From Gammaproteobacteria bacterium (lineage in GTDB: Bacteria > Pseudomonadota > Gammaproteobacteria > JAADGQ01): a stretch of 64,000 nucleotides of DNA. The stretch is from assembly GCA_021648145.1 (NCBI GenBank), contig JAKITI010000005.1, positions 82,427 through 146,426 of the forward strand. The letters are read 5' to 3'. The notes beneath the pieces are model-generated. The model saw only the letters and a program-made list of their open reading frames with translations. It had not been told where the DNA came from and made no database searches. This document shows positions 26,791 to 36,892 of the stretch, piece by piece. Numbering within the stretch: the first letter of the stretch is position 1; each line of letters begins with the position of its first letter. Made by a program: the position numbers and the translations under genes.

Positions 26791-26997
26791 ATTTACATCA
26801 GAATCAGAAGAAAGAGTTTTTTTGGAAAAAAACGAATCCAGTGACTATCTTGATTGGAACCAATCAAAGATTGCAATCTTCCCCAGCCTGAAACCAATGA
26901 CCAAGGCAAAATTTCTTTAAGGTTGCCAGAATCTATGCTGGCACAAATCAAAGTAGAAGCAAATAAACGAGATACCCCATATCAATCGGCGTTATAG
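26774..26997 (+). pseudogene. brnA: brnA-like antitoxin (CopG/RHH type), 5' copy: native N-terminus intact, frameshifted, 3' end missing
   Basis: MKNIPEFTSESEERVFLEKNESSDYLDWNQSKIAIFPSLKPMTKAKFL* is followed, in another frame, by RLPESMLAQIKVEANKRDTPYQSAL*. A 2-nt length difference from the 3' copy around 26908-26915 breaks the frame. Confidence 0.65.
26818..26987. repeat. brnA-internal homology block, copy A
   Basis: ~170 bp, roughly 90% identical by eye to 31268-31435. The homology ends 15 nt before the stop codon of the minus-strand cassette gene at 27002. Confidence 0.85.
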
Positions 26998-27001
26998 CTC
27001 G

Positions 27002-28673
27002 TTACACATCTGGGACTTCAGCCCAACCAATATCACCTAATTCATTTTCGAGATAGATGTTATCAGTCAAAATAAATTCAAAATTATCACCTGTATCTGC
27101 TACACAATCATTTAATTCATTGGGTGGCCCCAAAGGTTCGCCATACAGACCCCAAGCATTGCTGTATTGCATCGTGCTATTGGTCACAGCGAAAGATGCA
27201 CACTGTATGACTGAAATATTTCCCGACACGTTTTGATCGTGGTAACTCCACCCTCCTCCATATTCAACCGTGACATAATCCAACTCCAAGTAGACATCAA
27301 ATTTGGGGTAATGATCATGGCCATTATAGAATACATAGGTGCCAGTACCAACCACATGAATACCTTGCCAATAACTTGGCGTTTGCTCAAGTCCAGTAAA
27401 TGTTATCGGATCAGTGGCAGTGCCGATCGCTGTTAACCGACTAAAATGATTAACACCGGTCACAAGTTTAAGTCCAGATCCAGAGTTGAAAATAATAGTA
27501 ACACCTGCTTCCACGATCATTTCACCACGAATCTCAAATGACCTATTCTCGTCCGTCAAGAAATAAGAAACACCCAAGTTCTTCCATAATCCTGTGAGAA
27601 ATTCATCATAAGAAACATGAATAGTATCATCTGCATTGCCAGTGTAATCACTTTCTGTATCCAAAAACCTAACTTTAGAAGCATATAAAGAAACAGGGCG
27701 ACCATTGCCTGTCAAGGTATTATTTTCAAAGTCAAATTGTACTACGCCACTGTCAAGACCAAACTGTAGCTTAAGTCCTAGATCGCTTGCGTTGCGTAAA
27801 GTGCTATTTTTAATTGTTAGTGCCAAAGTTCCGGACATAATCTCCTCCACTTCAATATTATTAACACCATATTCAACGGCAACATACTCCAGACGGACAC
27901 TATTCTCAGCTAAAGGCTCAGCCAAACTATAACTGTCAACGATATAAATACCTTGCCAATAACCTGGTGTCGCTTCTTGCCCACTAAAAATAATCGGCTG
28001 CGTATTTGTACCTACAGCATCCAAATACGCATTTTCCTTCACCTCAAGCTGAGTTCCTGCGGCAAATTCCAAGCGTACTCCAGGCTCAATAGTGAGCTTG
28101 GCTGAGTTGTCGATAATTATTCCATTCGGCGCTTGATAACAAGGTTGATCTAATGTTGTATCAGCCGTGATATTCCACTCTGTAATTATGCTACAGGTAT
28201 TATCCACAACATCTGTAATTGTCAATACCGCTGTTGTATTACCTTCCAAGCCAGTGTTTGTAGATGGATTCGTCAGTGCAAGTTGCACTGTCTCATCACT
28301 TTCCACTGCGCTGTCTGTCATGACTTGCACGGAAAATGTTTTTGCCTCGCTGTCATTTGCTGCCCAGTTCAGTGTTCCCGATGCCGCCGTAAAATCTTCA
28401 CCATCCATTGCAGTACCATTAGTAGCAGTGTAATCAACACTGATTGCCTCAGACATATCACCCGTACGATTCACCGTAATGGTCATACTGGGTACATTTT
28501 CTGCCACGCTAGTAAGTCGCTGCCGAGAATGATACGCTGGAGGGTATGATGTCACCCCCGTTACTGTCACTATCTCCTCCGCAGGCAGACATTGTTAATA
28601 GTATTAAAATGATCAAGAAATATTGGAGATACCCCAAAGCCTGTACAGCGTTGAGATTTTGTATTTTTTTCAT
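27002..28673 (-). pseudogene. Secreted lipoprotein with an N-terminal Calx-beta domain and two ~190-aa beta-helix-like repeats. It is interrupted by a 1-nt frameshift, or a sequencing error.
   Basis: Upstream frame, from ATG 28673 preceded by GGAGAG: MKKIQNLNAVQALGYLQYFLIILILLTMSACGGDSDSNGGDIIPSSVSFSAATY*. The track ORF continues in the other frame with ...TSVAENVPSMTITVNRTGDMSEAISVDYTATNGTAMDGEDF. Removing one nt near 28511 restores VSFSAATYSVAEN..., a canonical Calx-beta start. Internal repeats: PIIFSGQEATPGYWQGIYIV and PITFTGLEQTPSYWQGIHVV. Confidence 0.7.
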
Positions 28674-28926
28674 CGCTCTCTCCTGCCTTTTATTTTTTCT
28701 TCAATACTTCGAGAAAACCAAAAATACTATAGCACAAAAACAACGGCTCGAACCTCCTGAGCCTTGTCCAATATGGAAATAATCGGGGTCAGGGCTCAAT
28801 GCCAGCAAGTTAAGTAACTTCTCAAAAAGTCAGGACAAGAGCAGTGTTGTAGGTAAACAACCAGCGTAGTAATATATATAAAAATCATTCGCCACGGCGG
28901 ATAAATAAGACAAAGAGAAACTAATA

Positions 28927-31263
28927 ATGAAAAAAATAGTATATTTTTTTAATATTGCGCTGATTATGATAGCTATGTTTAGTATCAATAGTTTGTATGC
29001 ACAACCTCTGATACCCGGTAACTGGGAACTCACTTTTGAAGAGAATTTTGATGGTGACTCGCTTGATCCAGATAAATGGGTTACAGGAGGCACTAATTTT
29101 AATGCTGTTGGCGGAAACTCCCCTGATAATATAACGGTACGTAATGGCAATGTTGAGATAAAAGCAGAGAAAAGACCTTTACTATATGCTGGCGAAAATC
29201 ACGAGTATGTTGGAAGTGAAATTACCACCTTCCAAAAATTCAGACAAAAATACGGCTATTTTGAAGCAAGAATAAAATACGATGCAATCACAGGCGTTTG
29301 GCCTGCCTTTTGGACAATGCCTGATAGAGGTAAGTACGGTAACCCAAATCAAAATCGTGAAAGTTATATTAAATTTGATTTAAGCACTTTCGCTACTCCG
29401 ATTACCTCTGCAAAGCTAAAAATAAGAGTAACAGCGTTTACTAACAGCGACGTATATTCAGATGTATCAATTCACAAATTACTATCAAACAACTGGGATG
29501 AAAACAGTATTACCTGGAATAACAAACCAGACTTTTATCCTGGCTGGTTGGCACTATTTTACGCAACCACTGAAGCAGACAAAATAAATGAAATTACCGA
29601 AGGGGAAGATTTGGTAATTGATGTTACCGATTATATAAACAGTCAAATCTCCGCAAGTGAAAATGCCGGTTTTGCACTGGTCGATTTGTCGATGCGCTCA
29701 AACCTTATAACATTTGGCAGTAAAGAGTCTGCCGCAGAAGCTGATAGACCACGCCTTGAGATAGATGGTTCCAATATATTTACCACTGATGATGCTTATG
29801 TAAGGGCAGGCATCCATGCAGACAATAACTACGGCAGTGATACAAGATTAGAAGTGAAAGACCCATGGGAGTCTACGTCAAGTACACGCGACGGTGGTAT
29901 GGAAATAGATATCATGGAGTCATTAGGTGTTTGGGGCGATCATGTAACAGCATACACTGTCCATTGGGGTGGTTATGGCGCAGATCATCAATATAGAGTT
30001 TCTGGTGAAATAGATATAGTACCCACTGATGATGGTTATCATGTTTATGCAGTGAATTGGCAGCCGGGACGCATTGATTTTTATATTGATGACCAGCTTT
30101 TATGGACTTTTGAAGACCCAAACGTGGGCAGTGTTGAGTCTTACATACGCCTTACAATGAACCTTGGTGGTTGGAAATGGAGCGGCAATGAGATTATAGA
30201 TGATGCAAATCTACCAGCTAATCTATATGTTGATTATGTGCGGGTTTATGAACATAATCCTACTGAAGACAACGTTACTCTAACAAATGGATCTTCGCTG
30301 GTTGCACAAGGAGAGGTGGCAACCGTTTCAGTAGCTTATGAAGCGTCAACAACTCGTGATATTACCGCTGTACTTAAGCTTAATGAAGCCCCTTTTACCG
30401 AATACACCTCAGTAACAAAAAGTGTCAGTGCTGGCGTTGGTAATGCACAACTTGCATTGAGCATACCCACTACAGTACCAATAGGCACTAATTATAGTTA
30501 TCAGACATATATAACGCCAACTGGAGGTGATTGGCTTGATAGTCTTGATGATATGGAAAAATCTCCCGTAGAAGTAGTGCTTGGAGGCTCTAATGACAAA
30601 ATCCATTCAGTTAACGGGCCTTTGCAAGTTAGTCAAGGTGAAGTGATAACCATTACTGTGGATTATGGCGCGCTAGATGACCGAGATATCAATACCGTTT
30701 TACAACTTAACGAACCACCTTGGACTACGTATGGCTCAGCAACAAAAAGCGTCACGGTTGGCGTTGACGCAGTCGATATTACATTTACTGTAGACAGCGA
30801 TGCACCGGAAGGAGTTAATTACCAGTATCAAACCAGCATTACCCCTACAGGTAGCAGTTGGCGTGACCGATTAGATAGTAAAAATCAAGCACCGGTAACA
30901 GTAATAAGTGCTAGCAATTTTGACGATAAAATCAACTTTATTTCAGGTCCAACATCGGTTAGCCAGGGGGAGATCATAACCGTTTCAGTCGATTATGAAG
31001 TATCAGCCAATCGTGATCTGCAAGCGGTTTTAAAACTCAATGAATCGCCTTGGACAACTTATGCTACTGAGATAAAAAATTTACCAGTAGGCACAGGTAC
31101 TGCCCAGTTCGTATTTGCTATACCCAACAATACTCCTGCAGGCGCGAATTATTTTTATCAAACACAACTTACACCAACTGGGGGGAATTGGACTAGTCGT
31201 TTTGACTATATGTACCAAGCACCAGTAGCAGTAACGAGTAATAATCAACTAGGGTCGGAGTGA
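28927..31263 (+). CDS. Secreted glycoside hydrolase family 16 (laminarinase-like fold) with a nested ~185-aa insert and three C-terminal ~110-aa tandem repeats
   Basis: Has a signal peptide (MKKIVYFFNIALIMIAMFSINSLYA/QP). GH16 motifs are FDGDSLDPDKW, YGYFEARIK, GVWPAFWTMP, catalytic GGMEIDIMES, YHVYAVNWQPGRIDFYIDD and LYVDYVRVYE. WPAFW and EIDIME are separated by ~190 aa rather than a short loop. Confidence 0.8.
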   Translation: MKKIVYFFNIALIMIAMFSINSLYAQPLIPGNWELTFEENFDGDSLDPDKWVTGGTNFNAVGGNSPDNITVRNGNVEIKAEKRPLLYAGENHEYVGSEITTFQKFRQKYGYFEARIKYDAITGVWPAFWTMPDRGKYGNPNQNRESYIKFDLSTFATPITSAKLKIRVTAFTNSDVYSDVSIHKLLSNNWDENSITWNNKPDFYPGWLALFYATTEADKINEITEGEDLVIDVTDYINSQISASENAGFALVDLSMRSNLITFGSKESAAEADRPRLEIDGSNIFTTDDAYVRAGIHADNNYGSDTRLEVKDPWESTSSTRDGGMEIDIMESLGVWGDHVTAYTVHWGGYGADHQYRVSGEIDIVPTDDGYHVYAVNWQPGRIDFYIDDQLLWTFEDPNVGSVESYIRLTMNLGGWKWSGNEIIDDANLPANLYVDYVRVYEHNPTEDNVTLTNGSSLVAQGEVATVSVAYEASTTRDITAVLKLNEAPFTEYTSVTKSVSAGVGNAQLALSIPTTVPIGTNYSYQTYITPTGGDWLDSLDDMEKSPVEVVLGGSNDKIHSVNGPLQVSQGEVITITVDYGALDDRDINTVLQLNEPPWTTYGSATKSVTVGVDAVDITFTVDSDAPEGVNYQYQTSITPTGSSWRDRLDSKNQAPVTVISASNFDDKINFISGPTSVSQGEIITVSVDYEVSANRDLQAVLKLNESPWTTYATEIKNLPVGTGTAQFVFAIPNNTPAGANYFYQTQLTPTGGNWTSRFDYMYQAPVAVTSNNQLGSE

Positions 31264-31529
31264 GGCTATTTTGGGAAAAGAACGAATCAAGTGACTATCT
31301 TGATTGGAACCAAGCAAAGCTTGCAGCCTTCCCCAGCCTGAAACCAACGACCAAGGCAATCTCTTTAAGGTTGCCAGAGTCTATGCTGGCACAAATCAAA
31401 GTAGAAGCAAATAAACGAGATATTCCATATCAATCATTGATGAAAATGTGGTTAAGTGAACATTTGTCGTATAACGCGGGTTCAACTCGTAAGCTAGGCA
31501 GCAGGGTGCGCTCCATGCATCACAAATGA
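31260..31529 (+). CDS. brnA: brnA-like antitoxin, 3' copy: lacks the native N-terminus, carries the RHH part and a novel tail. Possibly a pseudogene.
   Basis: (GTG)RLFWEKNESSDYLDWNQAKLAAFPSLKPTTKAISLRLPESMLAQIKVEANKRDIPYQSLMKMWLSEHL... Homology to copy A begins exactly at the GH16 stop codon. The last codons run into the 53-bp repeat and overlap the cmoB ATG. Confidence 0.55.
   Translation: MRLFWEKNESSDYLDWNQAKLAAFPSLKPTTKAISLRLPESMLAQIKVEANKRDIPYQSLMKMWLSEHLSYNAGSTRKLGSRVRSMHHK
31268..31435. repeat. brnA-internal homology block, copy B
   Basis: See 26818-26987. The two copies are in direct orientation. Confidence 0.85.
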
Positions 31530-31570
31530 TTAGTACAAATTACGAAACACTCTATCACTTACTACAGGAA
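31518..31570. repeat. Right copy of the 53-bp direct repeat (continuous with intact cmoB)
   Basis: catcacaaatgattagtacaaattacgaaacactctatcactTActacaggaa. Confidence 0.9.
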
Positions 31571-32506
31571 ACAGCTCTAGAGCCTTGGTTGAAAACACTG
31601 CCAAAACTGGTTGATGCCGCCTTTGCACCCTCAAATCATGGCGATCTGGAAAAGTGGCAAACCTTATTAAGTCAGCTGCCCACGATCACACCTTCCAGTA
31701 TCGACCTGAATGCAAGCAGCATACGAATTGGTGAATCAAGCGATTGTGATATTGACACTCGAAACCAGTTAGAGAAAATTTTACGTCAATTTCACCCCTG
31801 GAGAAAAGGCCCATTTAATCTGTTTGGCCTACAAATTGATACAGAGTGGCGCTCAGACTGGAAGTGGAATCGACTCAAAGAACATATCGAGCCATTAACT
31901 GACCGCCGAGTCATCGATATCGGCTGTGGCAGTGGTTACCATTGCTGGCGAATGGTGGGTGCGGGAGCGAAACAAACCATAGGGATTGATCCCATGCTTC
32001 TGTTTGCTTCTCAATTTAATATCATGCAGCATTACATCAACAACCCAACCGTACACCTGTTACCTTTAGGTATTGAAGCATTACCTTCGAACAGCCGTGC
32101 GTTTGATACCGTATTTTCTATGGGCGTACTCTACCATCGCCGCTCCCCCTTCGACCATCTGTTTGAATTACGAAGCTTATTGCGCCCAAACGGCCAGCTC
32201 GTATTAGAAACATTAGTCATTGATGGCAGCCTCGGTGAAACAATTGTTCCAGAAAAGCGTTACGCAAAAATGCGTAATGTCTGGTTTTTACCTTCAACAC
32301 TCACATTAGAATCGTGGTTAAAGCGCTCTGGCTTCAAAAATATTGAATTAATTGATATCACACAAACTGGGGTGAAAGAGCAACGCAGCACAGAGTGGAT
32401 GCAGTTTGAATCACTTACAGACTTCTTAAACCCAAGCAACCCAAACCTGACAATTGAAGGCCTGCCAGCTCCTAAACGTGCAATATGGCTTGCGACTGCC
32501 CAATAA
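31526..32506 (+). CDS. cmoB: tRNA U34 carboxymethyltransferase CmoB
   Basis: MISTNYETLYHLLQETALEPW...FHPWRKGPFNLFGLQIDTEWRSDWKWNRL...IDIGCGSGYH. Confidence 0.95.
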   Translation: MISTNYETLYHLLQETALEPWLKTLPKLVDAAFAPSNHGDLEKWQTLLSQLPTITPSSIDLNASSIRIGESSDCDIDTRNQLEKILRQFHPWRKGPFNLFGLQIDTEWRSDWKWNRLKEHIEPLTDRRVIDIGCGSGYHCWRMVGAGAKQTIGIDPMLLFASQFNIMQHYINNPTVHLLPLGIEALPSNSRAFDTVFSMGVLYHRRSPFDHLFELRSLLRPNGQLVLETLVIDGSLGETIVPEKRYAKMRNVWFLPSTLTLESWLKRSGFKNIELIDITQTGVKEQRSTEWMQFESLTDFLNPSNPNLTIEGLPAPKRAIWLATAQ

Positions 32507-32566
32507 AAGAAAAAATTTGATAGAATACGTTGCTTCCACTTTCTCAGTTTTCAGGAACGCAGCACA

Positions 32567-32806
32567 TTGGCCAGAAAAAAAAACGAGCCTAACTTTGAAA
32601 AGTCGCTTGAAGAGCTTGAAACGCTGGTTGAAACCATGGAAAACGGTGATACCAGCCTTGAAGATTCACTTAAACATTTCGAGCGTGGCATTGAACTGAC
32701 TCGACTTTGCCAGAAGTCACTGAAAGAGGCGACACAAAAAGTGGAAATTCTTATTGGCAAAGACCGGCAAAACACTTTAAAGCCTTTTACGGATCTCGCA
32801 GAATAA
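32567..32806 (+). CDS. xseB: Exodeoxyribonuclease VII small subunit
   Basis: FEKSLEELETLVETMENGDTSLEDSLKHFERGIELTRLCQKSL. Part of the xseB-ispA-dxs synteny. Confidence 0.9.
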   Translation: MARKKNEPNFEKSLEELETLVETMENGDTSLEDSLKHFERGIELTRLCQKSLKEATQKVEILIGKDRQNTLKPFTDLAE

Positions 32807-32807
32807 A

Positions 32808-33701
32808 ATGGATGATTTGCTAAATATCATGCACAAATATCAAGCACGCGTAGAGCATGTGCTTGACCAATGGCTGCCAAGCGAAAAAACACTACCTGGC
32901 CACCTCCATGAAGCCATGCGGTATTCCGTTTTGAATGGCGGCAAACGCATTCGACCCATATTGGTCTATCTCACGGGTGAAGCGCTCGGATTAAAACCTG
33001 AAACACTTGATGGCCCAGCCTGTGCGATTGAGCTTATTCACGCCTACTCATTAATCCATGACGATCTACCCGCGATGGATGATGATGATCTACGACGCGG
33101 CCAGGCAACATGCCACAAAGCCTTTGATGAAGCCACAGCAATCCTTGCCGGTGATGCCCTGCAATCTCTTGCTTTCCAGATTTTAGCCCAAGATGAAAGC
33201 ATGCTCAAAGACCCACAAATCCGACTCCATATGATTCAAAAGCTTGCCGTGGCAAGCGGCTCCCGCGGCATGGTCGGTGGGCAAGCGATTGACTTGCTTT
33301 CAGAAGGGAAAACCATTTCACTTGTTGAACTGGAAAATATGCACATACTTAAAACAGGCGCACTTATCCGCGCCAGTATACAGCTCGGCGCTATGAGCTC
33401 AGTGACACATGAGCCTCACACTCTGAAAAATCTTGATCACTACGCCAAGTGCATTGGCTTAGCCTTTCAAGTCAAAGATGACATTCTTGATGTTGAAGGT
33501 GACACTCAAACACTTGGCAAACCTCAAGGTGCCGACCTCAAGCATGATAAGTCCACCTACCCTGCGTTAATCGGCTTAAAAGAAGCCAAGCAAATGGCTG
33601 AAGATCTACATCAGAATGCACTTCATAGCCTAGATGCATTAGACAATAAAGCTGACCCATTGCGCTGGATTTCGCAATACATCATCCAACGAAACAACTA
33701 A
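32808..33701 (+). CDS. ispA: (2E,6E)-farnesyl diphosphate synthase
   Basis: Carries the two Asp-rich motifs [17 protein letters not shown] and FQVKDDILD. Confidence 0.95.
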   Translation: MDDLLNIMHKYQARVEHVLDQWLPSEKTLPGHLHEAMRYSVLNGGKRIRPILVYLTGEALGLKPETLDGPACAIELIHAYSLIHDDLPAMDDDDLRRGQATCHKAFDEATAILAGDALQSLAFQILAQDESMLKDPQIRLHMIQKLAVASGSRGMVGGQAIDLLSEGKTISLVELENMHILKTGALIRASIQLGAMSSVTHEPHTLKNLDHYAKCIGLAFQVKDDILDVEGDTQTLGKPQGADLKHDKSTYPALIGLKEAKQMAEDLHQNALHSLDALDNKADPLRWISQYIIQRNN

Positions 33702-33718
33702 AAGTATTGGCTGAACTC

Positions 33719-35599
33719 ATGGAAAATCAACACCACTACCCGCTGCTTGAAAAAACGAACATGCCCGAAGAACTGCGGCAATTAGATATCACTGAACTTC
33801 TCAGCCTAGCAACCGAAATTCGCCACTTTATGATTCAGTCCGTGGCTAAAACAGGTGGTCACCTCTCTGCGGGACTGGGCACCGTTGAACTGACCATCGC
33901 ACTGCATTACGTATTCAACACACCGAGTGATAAATTAGTCTGGGATGTTGGTCACCAAAGCTATCCCCATAAAATTCTTACGGGCCGCCGTGAACAGATG
34001 GCAACACTTCGCCAAAAAGGGGGGCTTTCAGGGTTCAACAAGCGCAGTGAAAGTGAGTTTGACAGCTTTGGTGTTGGCCACTCCAGCACCTCAATCAGCG
34101 CAGCGTTAGGCATGGCGATTGCCAGTGAACAGCGAGACGATGATCACCATGCCATTGCCATTATTGGCGACGGCTCAATGACGGCAGGCATGGCATTTGA
34201 AGCCTTGAATCATGCCGGTGACCTTGATGCCAACCTGCTCGTCGTCCTGAATGATAATGATATGTCTATCTCAAAAAATGTAGGCGGCCTTTCTAAATAC
34301 TTTGCTCGTGTCATTTCTGGAAAATTTTATTCGACCATCCGTGAAGGCAGTAAAACACTTCTGGAACGTATGCCCACCGTCTGGGAACTGGCTCGCCGTA
34401 CAGAGGAGCATGTAAAAGGCATGGTCGTCCCTGGCACACTGTTTGAGGAGTTGGGCTTTAACTATATTGGCCCTATTGATGGCCATGATTTGCCCAAACT
34501 CATTAAAATATTCGAAAATCTGAAAAATCTCAAAGGCCCACGTTTTTTACACATAGTCACCCAAAAAGGGAAAGGCTTTACTCCGGCAGAAAATAACCCA
34601 ACGTCTTATCATGGTGTTCCTAAATTTAACCCTGATACAGGCGAAAAGGTTCGATCCCCTACAAATGGCCCCACCTATACCGAAGTATTTGGTGAGTGGT
34701 TGTGTGATACGGCAGAAAAAGATGAGCGCCTGATCGGTATAACGCCTGCCATGCGCGAAGGCTCTGGTATGGTCGAATTTTCTGAGCGCTTCCCCAAACG
34801 CTATCTGGACGTGGGAATTGCAGAACAACACAGCGTCACCCTCGCAGCCGGTTTAGCATGCGAAGGAATGAAACCTGTTGTTGCAATCTACTCCACCTTC
34901 TTGCAACGCGCTTATGATCAATTGATTCATGATGTCGCCCTGCAAAACTTACCCGTTATGTTCGCTATTGACCGTGCGGGTATTGTTGGTGCAGATGGCC
35001 CCACACACGCAGGTGCATTTGATATTAGCTTTTTACGCTGCATTCCTAATATGTTGATTATGGCACCCAGCGACGAAAATGAGTGTCGGCGAATGCTCGA
35101 CACAGGTTTTTTACATGACGGCCCCAGCACAGTTCGTTACCCACGCGGTGGTGGCTCGGGTGCTACCATCAATAAAGAGCAGATCACCCTGACAATTGGC
35201 CAGTCCCGATTAGTCAAAGAGGGTAAAAAAGTTGCCATCCTTGCATTTGGCAGTATGTTACAAGCCGCATTAAAAGCTGGGGAGAAATTAGATGCATCAG
35301 TCGTCGACATGCGCTTTATCAAACCCCTTGATGAAAAGATGATTGAGCAGATGACCAATAATCATGAGCTACTCATCACTATTGAAGAAAATAGCCTTCC
35401 AGGCGGCGCAGGCAGTGCCGTCAATGAATTTTTAGCTTTTAGAAATATTCAATGCTCAATGATCAATCTCGGCCTGCCAGACAAGGTTACCGGTCAAGGC
35501 AACCGTGAACAACTACTCACTGAGTATGGGTTGGATGCTAACGGAATTATTAATGCCGTAACATCTCACCCTGAATTTTTTAAAACTTCCGTTACTTAA
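33719..35599 (+). CDS. dxs: 1-deoxy-D-xylulose-5-phosphate synthase
   Basis: [36 protein letters not shown] and [23 protein letters not shown] 33719 is preferred over TTG 33707. Confidence 0.95.
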   Translation: MENQHHYPLLEKTNMPEELRQLDITELLSLATEIRHFMIQSVAKTGGHLSAGLGTVELTIALHYVFNTPSDKLVWDVGHQSYPHKILTGRREQMATLRQKGGLSGFNKRSESEFDSFGVGHSSTSISAALGMAIASEQRDDDHHAIAIIGDGSMTAGMAFEALNHAGDLDANLLVVLNDNDMSISKNVGGLSKYFARVISGKFYSTIREGSKTLLERMPTVWELARRTEEHVKGMVVPGTLFEELGFNYIGPIDGHDLPKLIKIFENLKNLKGPRFLHIVTQKGKGFTPAENNPTSYHGVPKFNPDTGEKVRSPTNGPTYTEVFGEWLCDTAEKDERLIGITPAMREGSGMVEFSERFPKRYLDVGIAEQHSVTLAAGLACEGMKPVVAIYSTFLQRAYDQLIHDVALQNLPVMFAIDRAGIVGADGPTHAGAFDISFLRCIPNMLIMAPSDENECRRMLDTGFLHDGPSTVRYPRGGGSGATINKEQITLTIGQSRLVKEGKKVAILAFGSMLQAALKAGEKLDASVVDMRFIKPLDEKMIEQMTNNHELLITIEENSLPGGAGSAVNEFLAFRNIQCSMINLGLPDKVTGQGNREQLLTEYGLDANGIINAVTSHPEFFKTSVT

Positions 35600-35628
35600 C
35601 AATACTTTAACCTGCTATATTTATTCCC

Positions 35629-36009
35629 ATGACCGCTTGTTATACATTAAAAATCATTACCGAATTTGCCTCCGCCCATAGCTTACGCGATTACCCAGGG
35701 GAGTGTCGCCGTCTGCATGGCCACAACTGGAAAGTCGAGGTTGAAATTATCTCGCACCAGCTTGATAAGCTAGGCATGGTTATTGATTTTAAAGCTGTAA
35801 AATCAGCCACTAAAACGATTACAGATCAGCTTGACCATCACTATCTAAATGAAATTGAACCATTCAACAGGATTAATCCTACAGCAGAAAATATTGCAGC
35901 ATTTTTATATAAATCACTGTCAGAAGAAATTAATGATGAAGTGATACAAGTTAAAGCAATCACTTTATGGGAAACAGAACGTGCCAGTGTGCACTACACA
36001 GAGAGTTAA
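35629..36009 (+). CDS. queD: 6-carboxy-5,6,7,8-tetrahydropterin synthase
   Basis: [26 protein letters not shown]. 126 aa. Confidence 0.9.
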   Translation: MTACYTLKIITEFASAHSLRDYPGECRRLHGHNWKVEVEIISHQLDKLGMVIDFKAVKSATKTITDQLDHHYLNEIEPFNRINPTAENIAAFLYKSLSEEINDEVIQVKAITLWETERASVHYTES

Positions 36010-36011
36010 AA

Positions 36012-36812
36012 ATGCCTACAACAAACAGACCCAGACCTTCCATTGCTGACGTACAAAATAGCCCAGACAGCCGTCAAATTGCTATCAATAAAGTAGGCAT
36101 TAAAGATATTCGACACCCTATTCGAATCAAAGATCGTAGTGATGGAGAGCAGCATACGATTGCAAACTTCAATATGTATGTTGACCTCCCCCACAACTTC
36201 AAGGGCACGCACATGTCCCGCTTTGTGGAGATATTAAATACGCAAGAGCATGAGATATCTATCGCATCATTCAATGATATGCTGCAAGAGATGGCGGTAC
36301 GCCTTGAAGCAGGCTCAGGCCATATTGAGATGAATTTTCCATATTTTATTAGTAAAGTCGCGCCTATTAGCCAAGTAAAAAGTATGCTGGATTATGATGT
36401 GACTCTTTACGGCGAAATCACTGATGGTGAAAGTTTTGTTGATATTAAAGTGGTCGTTCCTGTCACCAGTTTATGCCCTTGCTCGAAAAAAATATCAGAG
36501 TATGGCGCGCATAACCAGCGCTCACACGTCACAGTAAAGGTACGCACAAAAAGCTTTGTATGGATTGAAGACCTGATTGATTTAATTGAAAAGGAAGCGT
36601 CCTGTGAAATTTTTGCTCTACTCAAGCGACCTGATGAAAAATATGTCACCGAAAAAGCTTATGACAATCCAAAATTTGTTGAAGATATGGTACGTGATGT
36701 CGCCGCACACCTAAATCAAGATTCACGCATTTTGTCTTATACCGTTGAATCAGAGAATTTTGAATCCATTCACAACCATTCGGCATATGCTTTAATTGAA
36801 AAGAAAGTTTAG
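36012..36812 (+). CDS. folE2: GTP cyclohydrolase I type 2 (GCYH-IB / FolE2)
   Basis: ...[29 protein letters not shown]...[19 protein letters not shown]...SLCPCSK...NQRSH. Start taken at MPTTNRP. Confidence 0.9.
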   Translation: MPTTNRPRPSIADVQNSPDSRQIAINKVGIKDIRHPIRIKDRSDGEQHTIANFNMYVDLPHNFKGTHMSRFVEILNTQEHEISIASFNDMLQEMAVRLEAGSGHIEMNFPYFISKVAPISQVKSMLDYDVTLYGEITDGESFVDIKVVVPVTSLCPCSKKISEYGAHNQRSHVTVKVRTKSFVWIEDLIDLIEKEASCEIFALLKRPDEKYVTEKAYDNPKFVEDMVRDVAAHLNQDSRILSYTVESENFESIHNHSAYALIEKKV

Positions 36813-36892
36813 CAACCTCTCCTGAATTCAGCTCTACAGACCTTAATAGATATCATTTATTTACGTACAAACATCTGTACTTATCAAAAATC

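Noticed and set aside
28546-28782. 78-aa plus-strand ORF in the cassette's divergent promoter region.
   Set aside because: It lies antisense to the well-supported lipoprotein signal-peptide coding segment (ATG 28673 with GGAGAG).
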